DNA from: Thermodesulfobacteriota bacterium
Lineage (GTDB): Bacteria; Desulfobacterota; Desulfobacteria; Desulfobacterales; SURF-7
DNA: 64,000 bases
Assembly: GCA_049320885.1 (NCBI GenBank)
Contig: JBMORA010000014.1
Span: forward strand, 32,001-96,000
Direction of reading: 5' to 3'
The notes beneath the pieces are model-generated. The model did not search any database. It had not been told where the DNA came from and worked only from the letters and a program-made list of their open reading frames with translations. The position numbers and the translations under genes are program-made. Of this stretch, positions 29,586 to 38,018 are shown in pieces; the first letter of the stretch is position 1; every line of letters starts with the position of its first letter.

Positions 29586-31116
29586 TTTTTCCAGAAACCC
29601 TTGCGGAGTGCCCATGAAAAACCATAGAGGCCTTGAATCCCGTTGGGCATGGATGTGCCTCCCCTACCCGGCCCGGATCCGCTCCGCAATAAGGGAAAAG
29701 GATATGGACCGAGCCATATCCCTGAGCCGGGAAATGTCCCAGAGCACCATTTCCCTGCATGATTTTTTTGCCGATTCCTGCGCGGTGTTGTGGAGCTGGG
29801 TCAGCGGGGAAATGGGAGAAGACTCTCTGCCGGCGCTTTTTCGCTTCATTTTTTTTCATGCCGCCCGGAGGCAGTATTTCGATGCCGCCAGGGCCCAGGT
29901 GATGCCCCATTTGACGGTCGGATTGCTGGCCAAGTCCTGGCGGGCCCACAGTTGCTTCGGTGCGGGCCCCTTTCCGGGAAAATTCCACATTTCGGAGGAT
30001 GAGGAGAAATTCACGTTTCATCTTCACCCCTGCGGCAGCGGCGCCCGGCTCTGGCTGAGGGGCATATACGCGGAAGGAAAAGGGGGTGCCTGCGTTCGTC
30101 AGGCAAGAACCTGGACATATGGCCGGGATCATTTTCCGGTTTACTGTGTCCATTGCCCTTTCCTGAATGAAATCCTGCCCTGGGAATCAACCTATGGCGC
30201 CTTGCTGTGGCCGGTTGATCCGCCCGAAAAATTCGGGAAAGACGAATGCCGCTGGTACGTCTATAAAAACCCGGGCGACATACCGGAGCATCACTACGGC
30301 CGCCTTGGAATCCGAAGAAAGCGGAAATCATCCGGATCGGCCTCGGGAACATTCCGGCGGATTTTTTCAGAGCGGGAGCTGGTGGAGATGAGCAGGCCCG
30401 TTACCGATCGCCTGGCGGAAGCCCTGGGAAGAAACGATATCCGGCAATCGGCACGTCTGGTCCGGGAGGTCCGCGATGAATTCCTTACCCTGCATGATCT
30501 GTATGTCATGATGATCTCCGCCACGTTGACGTATATCGCCGCTTTCCTGGGGGAAGACCGGCTTGGTAACGCCCTGGAGGTCCAGTATGAGCGGTGTGTC
30601 CGGCCCATCCTTCGGGAGCTCGCGGGCCGAACGGCAATGGATCGGGTTGCGTTTCTGGCAGGCCGGGTTTTCGGCGCCGATGCCTGCAATGGAACCGGCC
30701 TTCACGGCGCCCGCTTCCACCTGGAAGAAACGGACCAGTCCTGCCGCTTCATCCTCGCGCCTTGCGGCAGCGGCGGACGCCTTATCAACAGCGGCGCCTG
30801 CGATCCCATGCCGCTCACCGTTCGATACCGGGAACAAGTGGAAAACAGCCTGGCCCGGTGGGGAACCCATCTGCTACCGCTTCCTGAAAAACCGGTCGCC
30901 ATGGTTTTCCCCCGGCTGGTGACCCATTTCACCCAGCGCAAACCCTACGATCAAGGCCGGACCCGAAGTCCCCGCTCCTGGTCCTTTGACCGGAAAAATC
31001 TACCCTATTATTGCTGCCAGTGCGGCATGTTGCAGCAGAAATTGGGAGACTCGGTATTACGGATCCGGCCGCCCTATAAAAAAGGAGATGTCTGTCGCTG
31101 GGAAATTGATCCATAA
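29572..31116 (+). CDS. Hypothetical protein made of two tandem Cys-rich domains
   Basis: Each half has LHD...E.E....F.L.PCGSG.RL...W...R...P.YCxxC...CRW; GAGAGG RBS overlapping the upstream gene. Confidence 0.85.
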   Translation: MVLADFSRNPCGVPMKNHRGLESRWAWMCLPYPARIRSAIREKDMDRAISLSREMSQSTISLHDFFADSCAVLWSWVSGEMGEDSLPALFRFIFFHAARRQYFDAARAQVMPHLTVGLLAKSWRAHSCFGAGPFPGKFHISEDEEKFTFHLHPCGSGARLWLRGIYAEGKGGACVRQARTWTYGRDHFPVYCVHCPFLNEILPWESTYGALLWPVDPPEKFGKDECRWYVYKNPGDIPEHHYGRLGIRRKRKSSGSASGTFRRIFSERELVEMSRPVTDRLAEALGRNDIRQSARLVREVRDEFLTLHDLYVMMISATLTYIAAFLGEDRLGNALEVQYERCVRPILRELAGRTAMDRVAFLAGRVFGADACNGTGLHGARFHLEETDQSCRFILAPCGSGGRLINSGACDPMPLTVRYREQVENSLARWGTHLLPLPEKPVAMVFPRLVTHFTQRKPYDQGRTRSPRSWSFDRKNLPYYCCQCGMLQQKLGDSVLRIRPPYKKGDVCRWEIDP

Positions 31117-31325
31117 GGACTTTTTTTCCTGCCGCCCCCATCCATATCCTTTTGTGTTGACAACCCGGATGATCCGGTATTTATAGAATTATTCTTTGAA
31201 CAAAGTTAATGAAATTCGCGAAAACCCGCCGTCCGGAGAGGTTCCGGTAGATTTGCCTGCGTCCGGCATCGCGGCAAGGGGCGGGCATCCGGTATATCCA
31301 CTTTTTCGGTGAAAGGCGGAATGCT

Positions 31326-32210
31326 ATGAAACGTATCGGTTATTCCCTCGGTTTAATGACGGTTTTGATGCTGTCGGTTTCATTTTTATCCTGCGATGAA
31401 AGCCAGATCGTCGATCTGAGCTCCCACCAGTCGCAGGGTCTTCCGGCGCAAAAGTCCGGACTGGCGCTTCCCAAATTGAGCCTGGTGAAACTGCAGGGCA
31501 AGTTGAACCATTTCGGCATGGACATCTCCCAGTCCCCGCCCCAATACATCGATTACCATGCCACGGTGCCGGACGCCAAGGTCTGGATCGCCGAATTTCC
31601 CTTTACCCGGCATCTCAATATCCGCTCCGACGAAACCGGCTGGTGGACCATGTACATCATCAAACGGAAGGGCGTGGATCTGGCATTTTCCCTGGTGTAT
31701 GAAAAAGAAGGCTGGATCACCACCAAATCCAATAAAATCCGGGTCACCGACGAAGACAACCTGGATCTCGCCATCCAGTTCATTGACCCGGCCTATTATA
31801 CCTATGCGGTGAAACCCACGGTGGAGGGTATGCTGGGAACCACTCTGGCCAACGCCCTGGTGGTGACGGTGGGAAAATCCTGGGCCAGCATGCACGATGA
31901 CCGCCTGCCCCATGGCGATGCCGGCGCCCTGGCCGTCATGGCGCCGCTTTCGTCAGCCATAGGTCCCATCTATTTCAACGAGGCGGTGTTTCCCGATCCC
32001 ACGTACACCGCCACCTCCATTGACGGCGGCGTTGCCTGGATCAATGTCCCGGCGGGAGAATACCATATCACGGCCCAGAAGACCGGTGTCGCCTATGAAA
32101 CCGTGACCTTCGACATCCGCGAGTCCGATGCGGACAAGGGCATTGTCCTGTATATCGCCTCGCCGCCGGATTCGATCCAGGGGGACAACGACTCCCCGCC
32201 CGGGGAATAG
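31326..32210 (+). CDS. Hypothetical lipoprotein, beta-rich
   Basis: Lipoprotein signal MKRIGYSLGLMTVLMLSVSFLSC; NVPAGEYHITA resembles a carboxypeptidase-regulatory-like Ig strand. Confidence 0.8.
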   Translation: MKRIGYSLGLMTVLMLSVSFLSCDESQIVDLSSHQSQGLPAQKSGLALPKLSLVKLQGKLNHFGMDISQSPPQYIDYHATVPDAKVWIAEFPFTRHLNIRSDETGWWTMYIIKRKGVDLAFSLVYEKEGWITTKSNKIRVTDEDNLDLAIQFIDPAYYTYAVKPTVEGMLGTTLANALVVTVGKSWASMHDDRLPHGDAGALAVMAPLSSAIGPIYFNEAVFPDPTYTATSIDGGVAWINVPAGEYHITAQKTGVAYETVTFDIRESDADKGIVLYIASPPDSIQGDNDSPPGE

Positions 32211-32312
32211 GAATCCGGCGGATAAGCGGTCGATATCTATCTTAAGAGCCTGTAATTCCCGGGATCGAGGGTGCTAGTACTGCCATCCTTTTACGAACAC
32301 TCACCGGGTCTT

Positions 32313-32366
32313 TGCATCCGGTGGAAGGGGCGGACGACAGGTCCGCGGCCCTTCCACCTGGATGCA
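32313..32366. terminator. Long GC-rich hairpin between convergent genes
   Basis: TGCATCC.GTGGAAGGG.CGGAC / GTCCG..GCCCTTCCAC..GGATGCA. Confidence 0.55.
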
Positions 32367-32374
32367 GGCAGGCT

Positions 32375-33907
32375 TTACTTGAGCAGCACCGGCATACCCA
32401 TGAGGGGCCAGATGAAATAACAGAAGAGTCCCAGAACCGTCATTAAAATCACACTGGGAATGCAGCCGTAGAGGAAAAATTCACCGGTGGAGAACTGCTT
32501 GCTCTCATAGGCGATGGCATTGGGCGCGGCGCCGATCAGCAGGTTGAAGGGCATGCCGGCGGCGGCCAGGGAGGCGAAGAAGATGACATGGGGCGCCACT
32601 CCCAGGTAATTGGCGATGATCAGGGAAACCGGCAAGGTGATGGCGATGGCCGCCACGTTCATGATGAAGTTGGTCATGCAGAGCACCAGAAAGGCGATGG
32701 CCAGGACGAAGACCAGCCAGGGGGCGTGCTGGAACCAGCTCACCCAGCTCACCGCCATCCATTCGGCGGCCTTGGTGTCATAGAGGCAATAGCCGATGCT
32801 CATGGCCCCGCCGAAGAGCAGGATGATGTTCCAGGGGATCCCTTCCATTTCCTCCACGCCGAGAACCTTCACGAGGAAGAAGATCAGGGTGGGCACCATC
32901 ATGATGGCGGCCCGGTCCATGTTCTTGAAAAAGGGGATGGGCGAAAAGGATTTCATCATGAAGAGGCCCAGGACCAGGGCCACCATGGCGAGAACGATCT
33001 TCTCCTTCCCGTTTATGGGGCCGAGATCCTTGGCCAGGCCGGCGACCCGCTCCCGCAGGCCCTCGATGCGGGGTTTTTCCGGCTTGAAGAAGAAGATCAC
33101 GATGAGCCAGATGAGAAACACCATGAGCAGGCCCACGGGAAGATTATAATAGGTGAACTCGAAGAAGCCGATTTCCTGGCCGCCGGTGAATTTTTTGAAC
33201 ATGCCGGCGCCGGCCACGCCGCGGGCCGAGCCGAGGAAGGTGATGATGGAGCCGGCGCCGGCGGTCCAGGCCATGCCGATGAACAACCCCTTGCCGAATT
33301 TGGTTGGCTGGTCGGAGTCCGTATAAAGGGAATGAATGGCCAGCAGGAGGGGGAACAAGGCCGCCGCCACGGCGGTGTGGGCCATGAGCAGGGTCATGCC
33401 GGCGACAATGAGAAAGGTGCCCAGCAGGATGAAGTTCGTGTTTTCGCCAACAATGCCCAGCATCTTGTAAGCCATGCGCTTGGTGAGACCCGAATGGGCA
33501 AAGGCCAGGCCCATGACCACGGATCCGAAGATGAACCAGACCGAGGGATCGAAGAAATCCTTCAGGGCCTGGTCCGAGGTCCGGATGGCGAAGATCACCT
33601 GGAACAGGCCGATGCCGATGGCCGTGGCGCCGATGGGCATGACCTCGAAAATCCACCAGACCGCAGCCATCAGGAAGAGCCCGATGGCCATGCGGCCCTG
33701 GGACGGCAACGGAAAATGTTTGCCGGCAGGATCCACGGCGTCCGGCAGGTCGCTCATGAAATAGAAGGTAAAGAAAAAGACCAGTCCCAACAGAATGAAA
33801 AAGACTCTCTTCCAATTGATATCCGCCATCCAGGAGGATGAAAGCGTTTTTTCGGATACGGAGCCACTGCCCGCATCCGCCGATATCGCGTTCACATTTT
33901 GCGCCAT
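32375..33907 (-). CDS. SLC13/DASS family anion:sodium symporter
   Basis: AAGGAG RBS; many TM helices; WWIFEVMPIGAT, GLTKR, IPWNIILLFGG, LLIGAAPNAIAY. Confidence 0.93.
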   Translation of the reverse strand: MAQNVNAISADAGSGSVSEKTLSSSWMADINWKRVFFILLGLVFFFTFYFMSDLPDAVDPAGKHFPLPSQGRMAIGLFLMAAVWWIFEVMPIGATAIGIGLFQVIFAIRTSDQALKDFFDPSVWFIFGSVVMGLAFAHSGLTKRMAYKMLGIVGENTNFILLGTFLIVAGMTLLMAHTAVAAALFPLLLAIHSLYTDSDQPTKFGKGLFIGMAWTAGAGSIITFLGSARGVAGAGMFKKFTGGQEIGFFEFTYYNLPVGLLMVFLIWLIVIFFFKPEKPRIEGLRERVAGLAKDLGPINGKEKIVLAMVALVLGLFMMKSFSPIPFFKNMDRAAIMMVPTLIFFLVKVLGVEEMEGIPWNIILLFGGAMSIGYCLYDTKAAEWMAVSWVSWFQHAPWLVFVLAIAFLVLCMTNFIMNVAAIAITLPVSLIIANYLGVAPHVIFFASLAAAGMPFNLLIGAAPNAIAYESKQFSTGEFFLYGCIPSVILMTVLGLFCYFIWPLMGMPVLLK

Positions 33908-34036
33908 TGCTGATAACTCCTTTCGTTCGATCCTATTCAATCAAGTGCTGGGTTGATCGTCGCGTGGCGACGGTCTTCCCGGGTATCATCGTTTTCATAA
34001 ACCAATAACCTGTTTCAGGGGGCCGCCTGGAGCGGA

Positions 34037-34591
34037 TCAAAGCCGACAGGCTTTCATCCGTTCGCAGATCTCATGGAACACATCGCTCTGCCGCAGAATC
34101 CCCACCACGGAAGCCCCTTTTTTGACCAGCAAGGAGGCAAAGCGGCCCATGACCATCTGGTGCAGGGCCTGATCCAGGGAGGCGTCCTCCTGGATGAATT
34201 CCAGGGGTGAGAGCGAGTGCATGATTTCCCGGACGTTGATTCCGGCGGCCTTCTGGCACAGATTTTCCAGGGGCTTCTGCCACAGCCCGAAATTGTCGAT
34301 CATGGAGCGCAGAAATTCCGGGCTGAAGCCGTACCGGGAGGATTCCCGGATGTCCCCGATTTGTTTGTAGCGGGGTTCCAGAGCCCAGAGCACGGCCCAC
34401 TGATCGATCTTGCCGGTCACATGTCCCCGGCTGTCCAGCACCAGAACGGCCCGGTGCTTTTCCCGTCCTTGTTCCACATGGGCCTGGGCCTTCTCCAGGG
34501 CAAGGACCGCCTCGTTCAGGGTGACATCCTCCGAAACCGTGGCGTATTCGGCGATGGGCACCATCAAGTCTCCAGCTTTGATTGTCTGCAT
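34037..34591 (-). CDS. CBS domain pair protein
   Basis: DLMVPIAEYATV, HRAVLVLD..G...G, LLV.....VVGILR.SDVF. Confidence 0.9.
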   Translation of the reverse strand: MQTIKAGDLMVPIAEYATVSEDVTLNEAVLALEKAQAHVEQGREKHRAVLVLDSRGHVTGKIDQWAVLWALEPRYKQIGDIRESSRYGFSPEFLRSMIDNFGLWQKPLENLCQKAAGINVREIMHSLSPLEFIQEDASLDQALHQMVMGRFASLLVKKGASVVGILRQSDVFHEICERMKACRL

Positions 34592-34651
34592 ATCTTCTCC
34601 TTATTGAAAGCGTCATTCATAAACCGCAACCAGACTTTCCATCCGGCCTGA

Positions 34652-35083
34652 TCAATCCCAGCCCTTCCGCATCAGGATGTTGTCGATATGGGCCTGCCGG
34701 ATGCGGGCCTCCTGCTCGGCCTTGCGGGTATAGGCCAGGACGATCTTTTCAATGAGTTCCTTGGTGTCGGCCGGCTTCCGGAGATAATCGAAGGCGCCGC
34801 GCTTGAGTCCCTCGATGGCTGTCTCCACGGTGGCGTTTCCGGTCAGCATGATCACTTCCACCAGGGGCTTGGCCTTTTTCATTTCGAGCAGCGCCGTGAT
34901 CCCGTCCTTTCCCGGCATGAGCACATCCAGGATCACCACGTCCACTTCCGTCTTGGCGATCCGATCGAGGGCCGCGTCGGCCGAGTCGGCCTTTAGCACC
35001 TCGAAATCCCTGACCTCCAGTCGTTCGGCCAAGGCGTCGACGAATTCCTGCTCGTCGTCCACCAGCAATACCTTTATTTTCAT
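34652..35083 (-). CDS. Single-domain response regulator
   Basis: LLVDDE, VILDVLMPG, MLTG, DYLRKP. Confidence 0.93.
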   Translation of the reverse strand: MKIKVLLVDDEQEFVDALAERLEVRDFEVLKADSADAALDRIAKTEVDVVILDVLMPGKDGITALLEMKKAKPLVEVIMLTGNATVETAIEGLKRGAFDYLRKPADTKELIEKIVLAYTRKAEQEARIRQAHIDNILMRKGWD

Positions 35084-35174
35084 GAACCCTTCTCCTTGTC
35101 TATATGGTTTGATTTGGTCGGACCCTCTGCGGGTCCGAGACATATCGATATCTCGCTGCATGCTTCCAGCCTTT

Positions 35175-35636
35175 TTATTGGTCGCCCGGTCCCGGCAGCC
35201 GGGTTTCGGAGCGGGAAGCCTGTTTGCCTGCAGTGGTTTCCCTGCGCCTGTCTTTCAAGCGCGTTTTTCTTTTTTTATGCGCCTCCCGGATGCGGTCGGC
35301 CAGGACCTGGATGTCGATGGGCAGCAGGAGATCGTCGAAAGCCCCCAGCTGCATCGCCTTGATACCTCCGTCGAAGGAATGCTCCTCCGCAGCTGTCAGC
35401 AAAATCACTTCGGAATACGGGCGCACCTCCCGGATCGTTTTGAGAAAGGCCAGGCGGTTCTGGCTGGGGCCGGTAGCGCCCAGCAGAATCACATCCGGGT
35501 CGTCCCGATGCAGGATATCGCTGGCCTCGGATTCAAGCGATGTCTCCAAAACCGTGTGGTTTTCAAGGCGCATGCGCTCCACAAGTCGGCTGCGGAAAAA
35601 ATCATCGGGGTGCAGGATCAGCAGTTTCATTCTCAT
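35175..35636 (-). CDS. Atypical (pseudo-) receiver domain protein
   Basis: Receiver fold pattern (DVILL, EVILLT, GAFDDLLLP) but the phospho-Asp is Gly and the conserved Lys is Leu. Confidence 0.8.
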   Translation of the reverse strand: MRMKLLILHPDDFFRSRLVERMRLENHTVLETSLESEASDILHRDDPDVILLGATGPSQNRLAFLKTIREVRPYSEVILLTAAEEHSFDGGIKAMQLGAFDDLLLPIDIQVLADRIREAHKKRKTRLKDRRRETTAGKQASRSETRLPGPGDQ

Positions 35637-35795
35637 CTATGGCTATTGTCTATGGCTATTATCCGTCCATTCGGGTGGAAGCGGAGGCTACGCATCCGGG
35701 CATCGCTCCACCACCTTCTTTCCATCGCCGCAAACCGTTTTCTGGGGTGTTCCACCTGTTCACGAAATGCCGGTTTTGACGGTTATCCTGCATTG

Positions 35796-35811
35796 AGCAA
35801 CAACCGTGCCG
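35796..35811 (-). promoter_or_regulatory. sigma54 (-24/-12) promoter for the pseudo-REC/REC/CBS/DASS operon
   Basis: Minus strand CGGCACGGTTGTTGCT = GG-N10-GC, close to the TGGCACG-N4-TTGCW consensus. Confidence 0.75.
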
Positions 35812-35895
35812 AAGGGTTGATCGATAGATATTTGAATGGGTTATAGAAATACTTGCCAACCGAAGAGAATTCTGATAGAACAAATAAAAACATAA

Positions 35896-35933
35896 TGATA
35901 CAATATTGATACACTATGAAACATTATGATGCA
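35896..35933. repeat. Four phased TGANNCA boxes (candidate upstream activator sequence)
   Basis: TGATACA 35896, TGATACA 35907, TGAAACA 35917, TGATGCA 35927. Confidence 0.6.
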
Positions 35934-36034
35934 TTTATCTGGCTACGGCAGCCGAAAGCCTTGCTTTCAGCCAGGATGCCGCGGAGAAGAGTCGCTTTCG
36001 TCCATGGCGGAAAGAATCGGAAAATGAGGAATCC

Positions 36035-37534
36035 ATGCGTGAAGAACTAGCCCATAACGGACGGTTACCAGGGACCGGTGCGCTGGATGTATCGGCGGCC
36101 CTGCCTTTCATTGTTGACGAGCTTCCGCTGGGTATCGTGGCCATGGATTGTGAGCGCCGGGTGGTTCTGTTGAACCGCTCCATGGAAGCCTTGACCGGTT
36201 TTGATCGAAGAGCGGCCAGCGCCATCGCCTGCCGGCATATCATCCGGGGGGATTTCTGCATGGGGAAATGCCCGGTCCACAGCATCAGCCAGGGTTCGGG
36301 CATGATGTGCGTCGAAGGCAACATCATCAATCGGGAACGCCAAAAGATTCCGGTGCGGGTAACCTTCACCCCCATCCGGGATTCAGGGGGCCGTCTGATG
36401 GGATTTTTCGAAACCTTCGAGGATATCCGGATACTGGCGGCAAACAAAGGTAAAACGTCCGAAGCCTATTCCTTCGGGCAGCTGGTCGGCAGAAGCCCGC
36501 AGATGGAGCAAATCTACCGATTCCTGCCCATGATCGCCCAGTCCGATTCATCGGTGCTGCTCACGGGTGAAACCGGTACCGGGAAAGACCTGGTTGCCGA
36601 AGCCATCCACCAGAATTCTTCCCGGGCCAAAGGACCCTTCATCAAAGTCAATTGCGGTGCCCTGCCCGCCACGCTTCTGGAATCCGAACTGTTCGGCCAC
36701 CAAAAAGGTGCCTTTACCGGTGCGGTGGAGAGCAAGCCCGGCCGATTCCGGCTGGCCCATAACGGGACCCTTTTTCTGGCCGAGATCGGTGACCTGCCGC
36801 TGACGCTGCAGGTGAAACTGCTGACCTTTCTGGACGACCGGGTCGTCCATCCGTTGGGCAGCACCAAGGGGCTTCTGTGCGATGTGCGAGTGATCGCCGC
36901 AACCCATCGGGACCTTGAACAAATGGTCCGGGAAGGAACATTCCGGGAGGATCTGCTTTTCCGGCTGAACGTCATCCGCCTGCAATTGCCCTCCCTGCGG
37001 GAACGGAGAAACGACATCCAATTGCTGCTGGATCATTTCCTTCAGACGTTTTCCACCCGATATAAAAAACCGATCCGGGCGTTTTCCGCCAATGCCTTGC
37101 GGATTCTTCTCAATTACGCCTATCCCGGGAATGTGCGGGAGCTGAAAAACATCGTCGAATATGCCGCGAACGTCTGCCAGGAAAACCAGATCCGTTCCGA
37201 ACATCTTCCGGCCTACCTTATCCGTCCGATTACAGCGGAGCAGGCTTCGGCGGACGGAATCGGGGCGGCAGGCGGATCCGGCGGGCGGATCCAGCCGGAA
37301 GGAAAGAGCGATGATTCCGACCGCGCCACCCGGGAGCGAAAAATCATCATCGACGCAATCCGCAACGCGCGAAAGGATGAACAGGACGGACTGGAATGGC
37401 CGGAAATCGAGCGGAAAATGATCGTCGATGCCATTGTCAAGGCCCAGGGCCGGCGGAACCGGGCGGCCGGCTTTCTTGGCTGGAGCCGGAGCAAGCTGTA
37501 CCGGAAAATGCTCCAACACGGAATCGGAGCATGA
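36035..37534 (+). CDS. PAS-domain sigma54-dependent transcriptional activator (OrpR-like)
   Basis: PAS with C-X8-C-X3-C; GETGTGKD, ESELFGH, GAFTGA, FREDLLFRLNV, PGNVREL; C-terminal Fis-type HTH. Confidence 0.93.
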   Translation: MREELAHNGRLPGTGALDVSAALPFIVDELPLGIVAMDCERRVVLLNRSMEALTGFDRRAASAIACRHIIRGDFCMGKCPVHSISQGSGMMCVEGNIINRERQKIPVRVTFTPIRDSGGRLMGFFETFEDIRILAANKGKTSEAYSFGQLVGRSPQMEQIYRFLPMIAQSDSSVLLTGETGTGKDLVAEAIHQNSSRAKGPFIKVNCGALPATLLESELFGHQKGAFTGAVESKPGRFRLAHNGTLFLAEIGDLPLTLQVKLLTFLDDRVVHPLGSTKGLLCDVRVIAATHRDLEQMVREGTFREDLLFRLNVIRLQLPSLRERRNDIQLLLDHFLQTFSTRYKKPIRAFSANALRILLNYAYPGNVRELKNIVEYAANVCQENQIRSEHLPAYLIRPITAEQASADGIGAAGGSGGRIQPEGKSDDSDRATRERKIIIDAIRNARKDEQDGLEWPEIERKMIVDAIVKAQGRRNRAAGFLGWSRSKLYRKMLQHGIGA

Positions 37535-37592
37535 GACCATCCGGTTTTCATAAACAGAACCGGGATTCCGGACCCAGAGACAGGAGATGTCC

Positions 37593-37946
37593 ATGTCGAC
37601 AAAGGTGCTGATTTGCCTGTATGGAAACGAGGTCAGCCCCCGTTTCGATCTGGCCAGAGAGGTTTTGATCGCCAATATTGATCGAAATGCGGCGGTTCGG
37701 AAGGAAAAAGAGGTGGTCCTGCCCCAGGCGTCGGTGGAGATCCTCTGCCACATGATTTTCAATGAAGGGATTCAGATCGTCGTCTGCGGCGGAATTGAAG
37801 AGGAGTTATATCAATATCTCCAATGGAAGAACGTGAAAGTGCTGGATTCGGTTATCGGCGATGGTCAGGCAGTCCTCCAGCGACTGGCCGGCGGAATGCT
37901 GCGGGCCGGGGATATTGTAAACGGCGACGACGGAAAGACCGGTTAA
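37593..37946 (+). CDS. NifB/NifX (FeMo-cofactor biosynthesis-like) family protein
   Basis: EVSPRFDLA, IVVCGGI, VLDSVIG. Confidence 0.8.
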   Translation: MSTKVLICLYGNEVSPRFDLAREVLIANIDRNAAVRKEKEVVLPQASVEILCHMIFNEGIQIVVCGGIEEELYQYLQWKNVKVLDSVIGDGQAVLQRLAGGMLRAGDIVNGDDGKTG

Positions 37947-38018
37947 AGCGGTTCGCAGGACGACCGCAACCGGTCCGGCAGGAAAACCGAAGGCCGATTT
38001 TTTTGATACCGTCACGCG

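Noticed and set aside
32588..33841. 417-aa His/Gly/Asp-rich plus-strand ORF
   Set aside because: Antisense shadow of the hydrophobic DASS transporter
35843..35860. Second sigma54-like element (minus strand TGGCAAGTATTTCTA)
   Set aside because: Lacks the -12 GC
36548..37762. 404-aa minus-strand ORF
   Set aside because: Antisense shadow of the sigma54 activator
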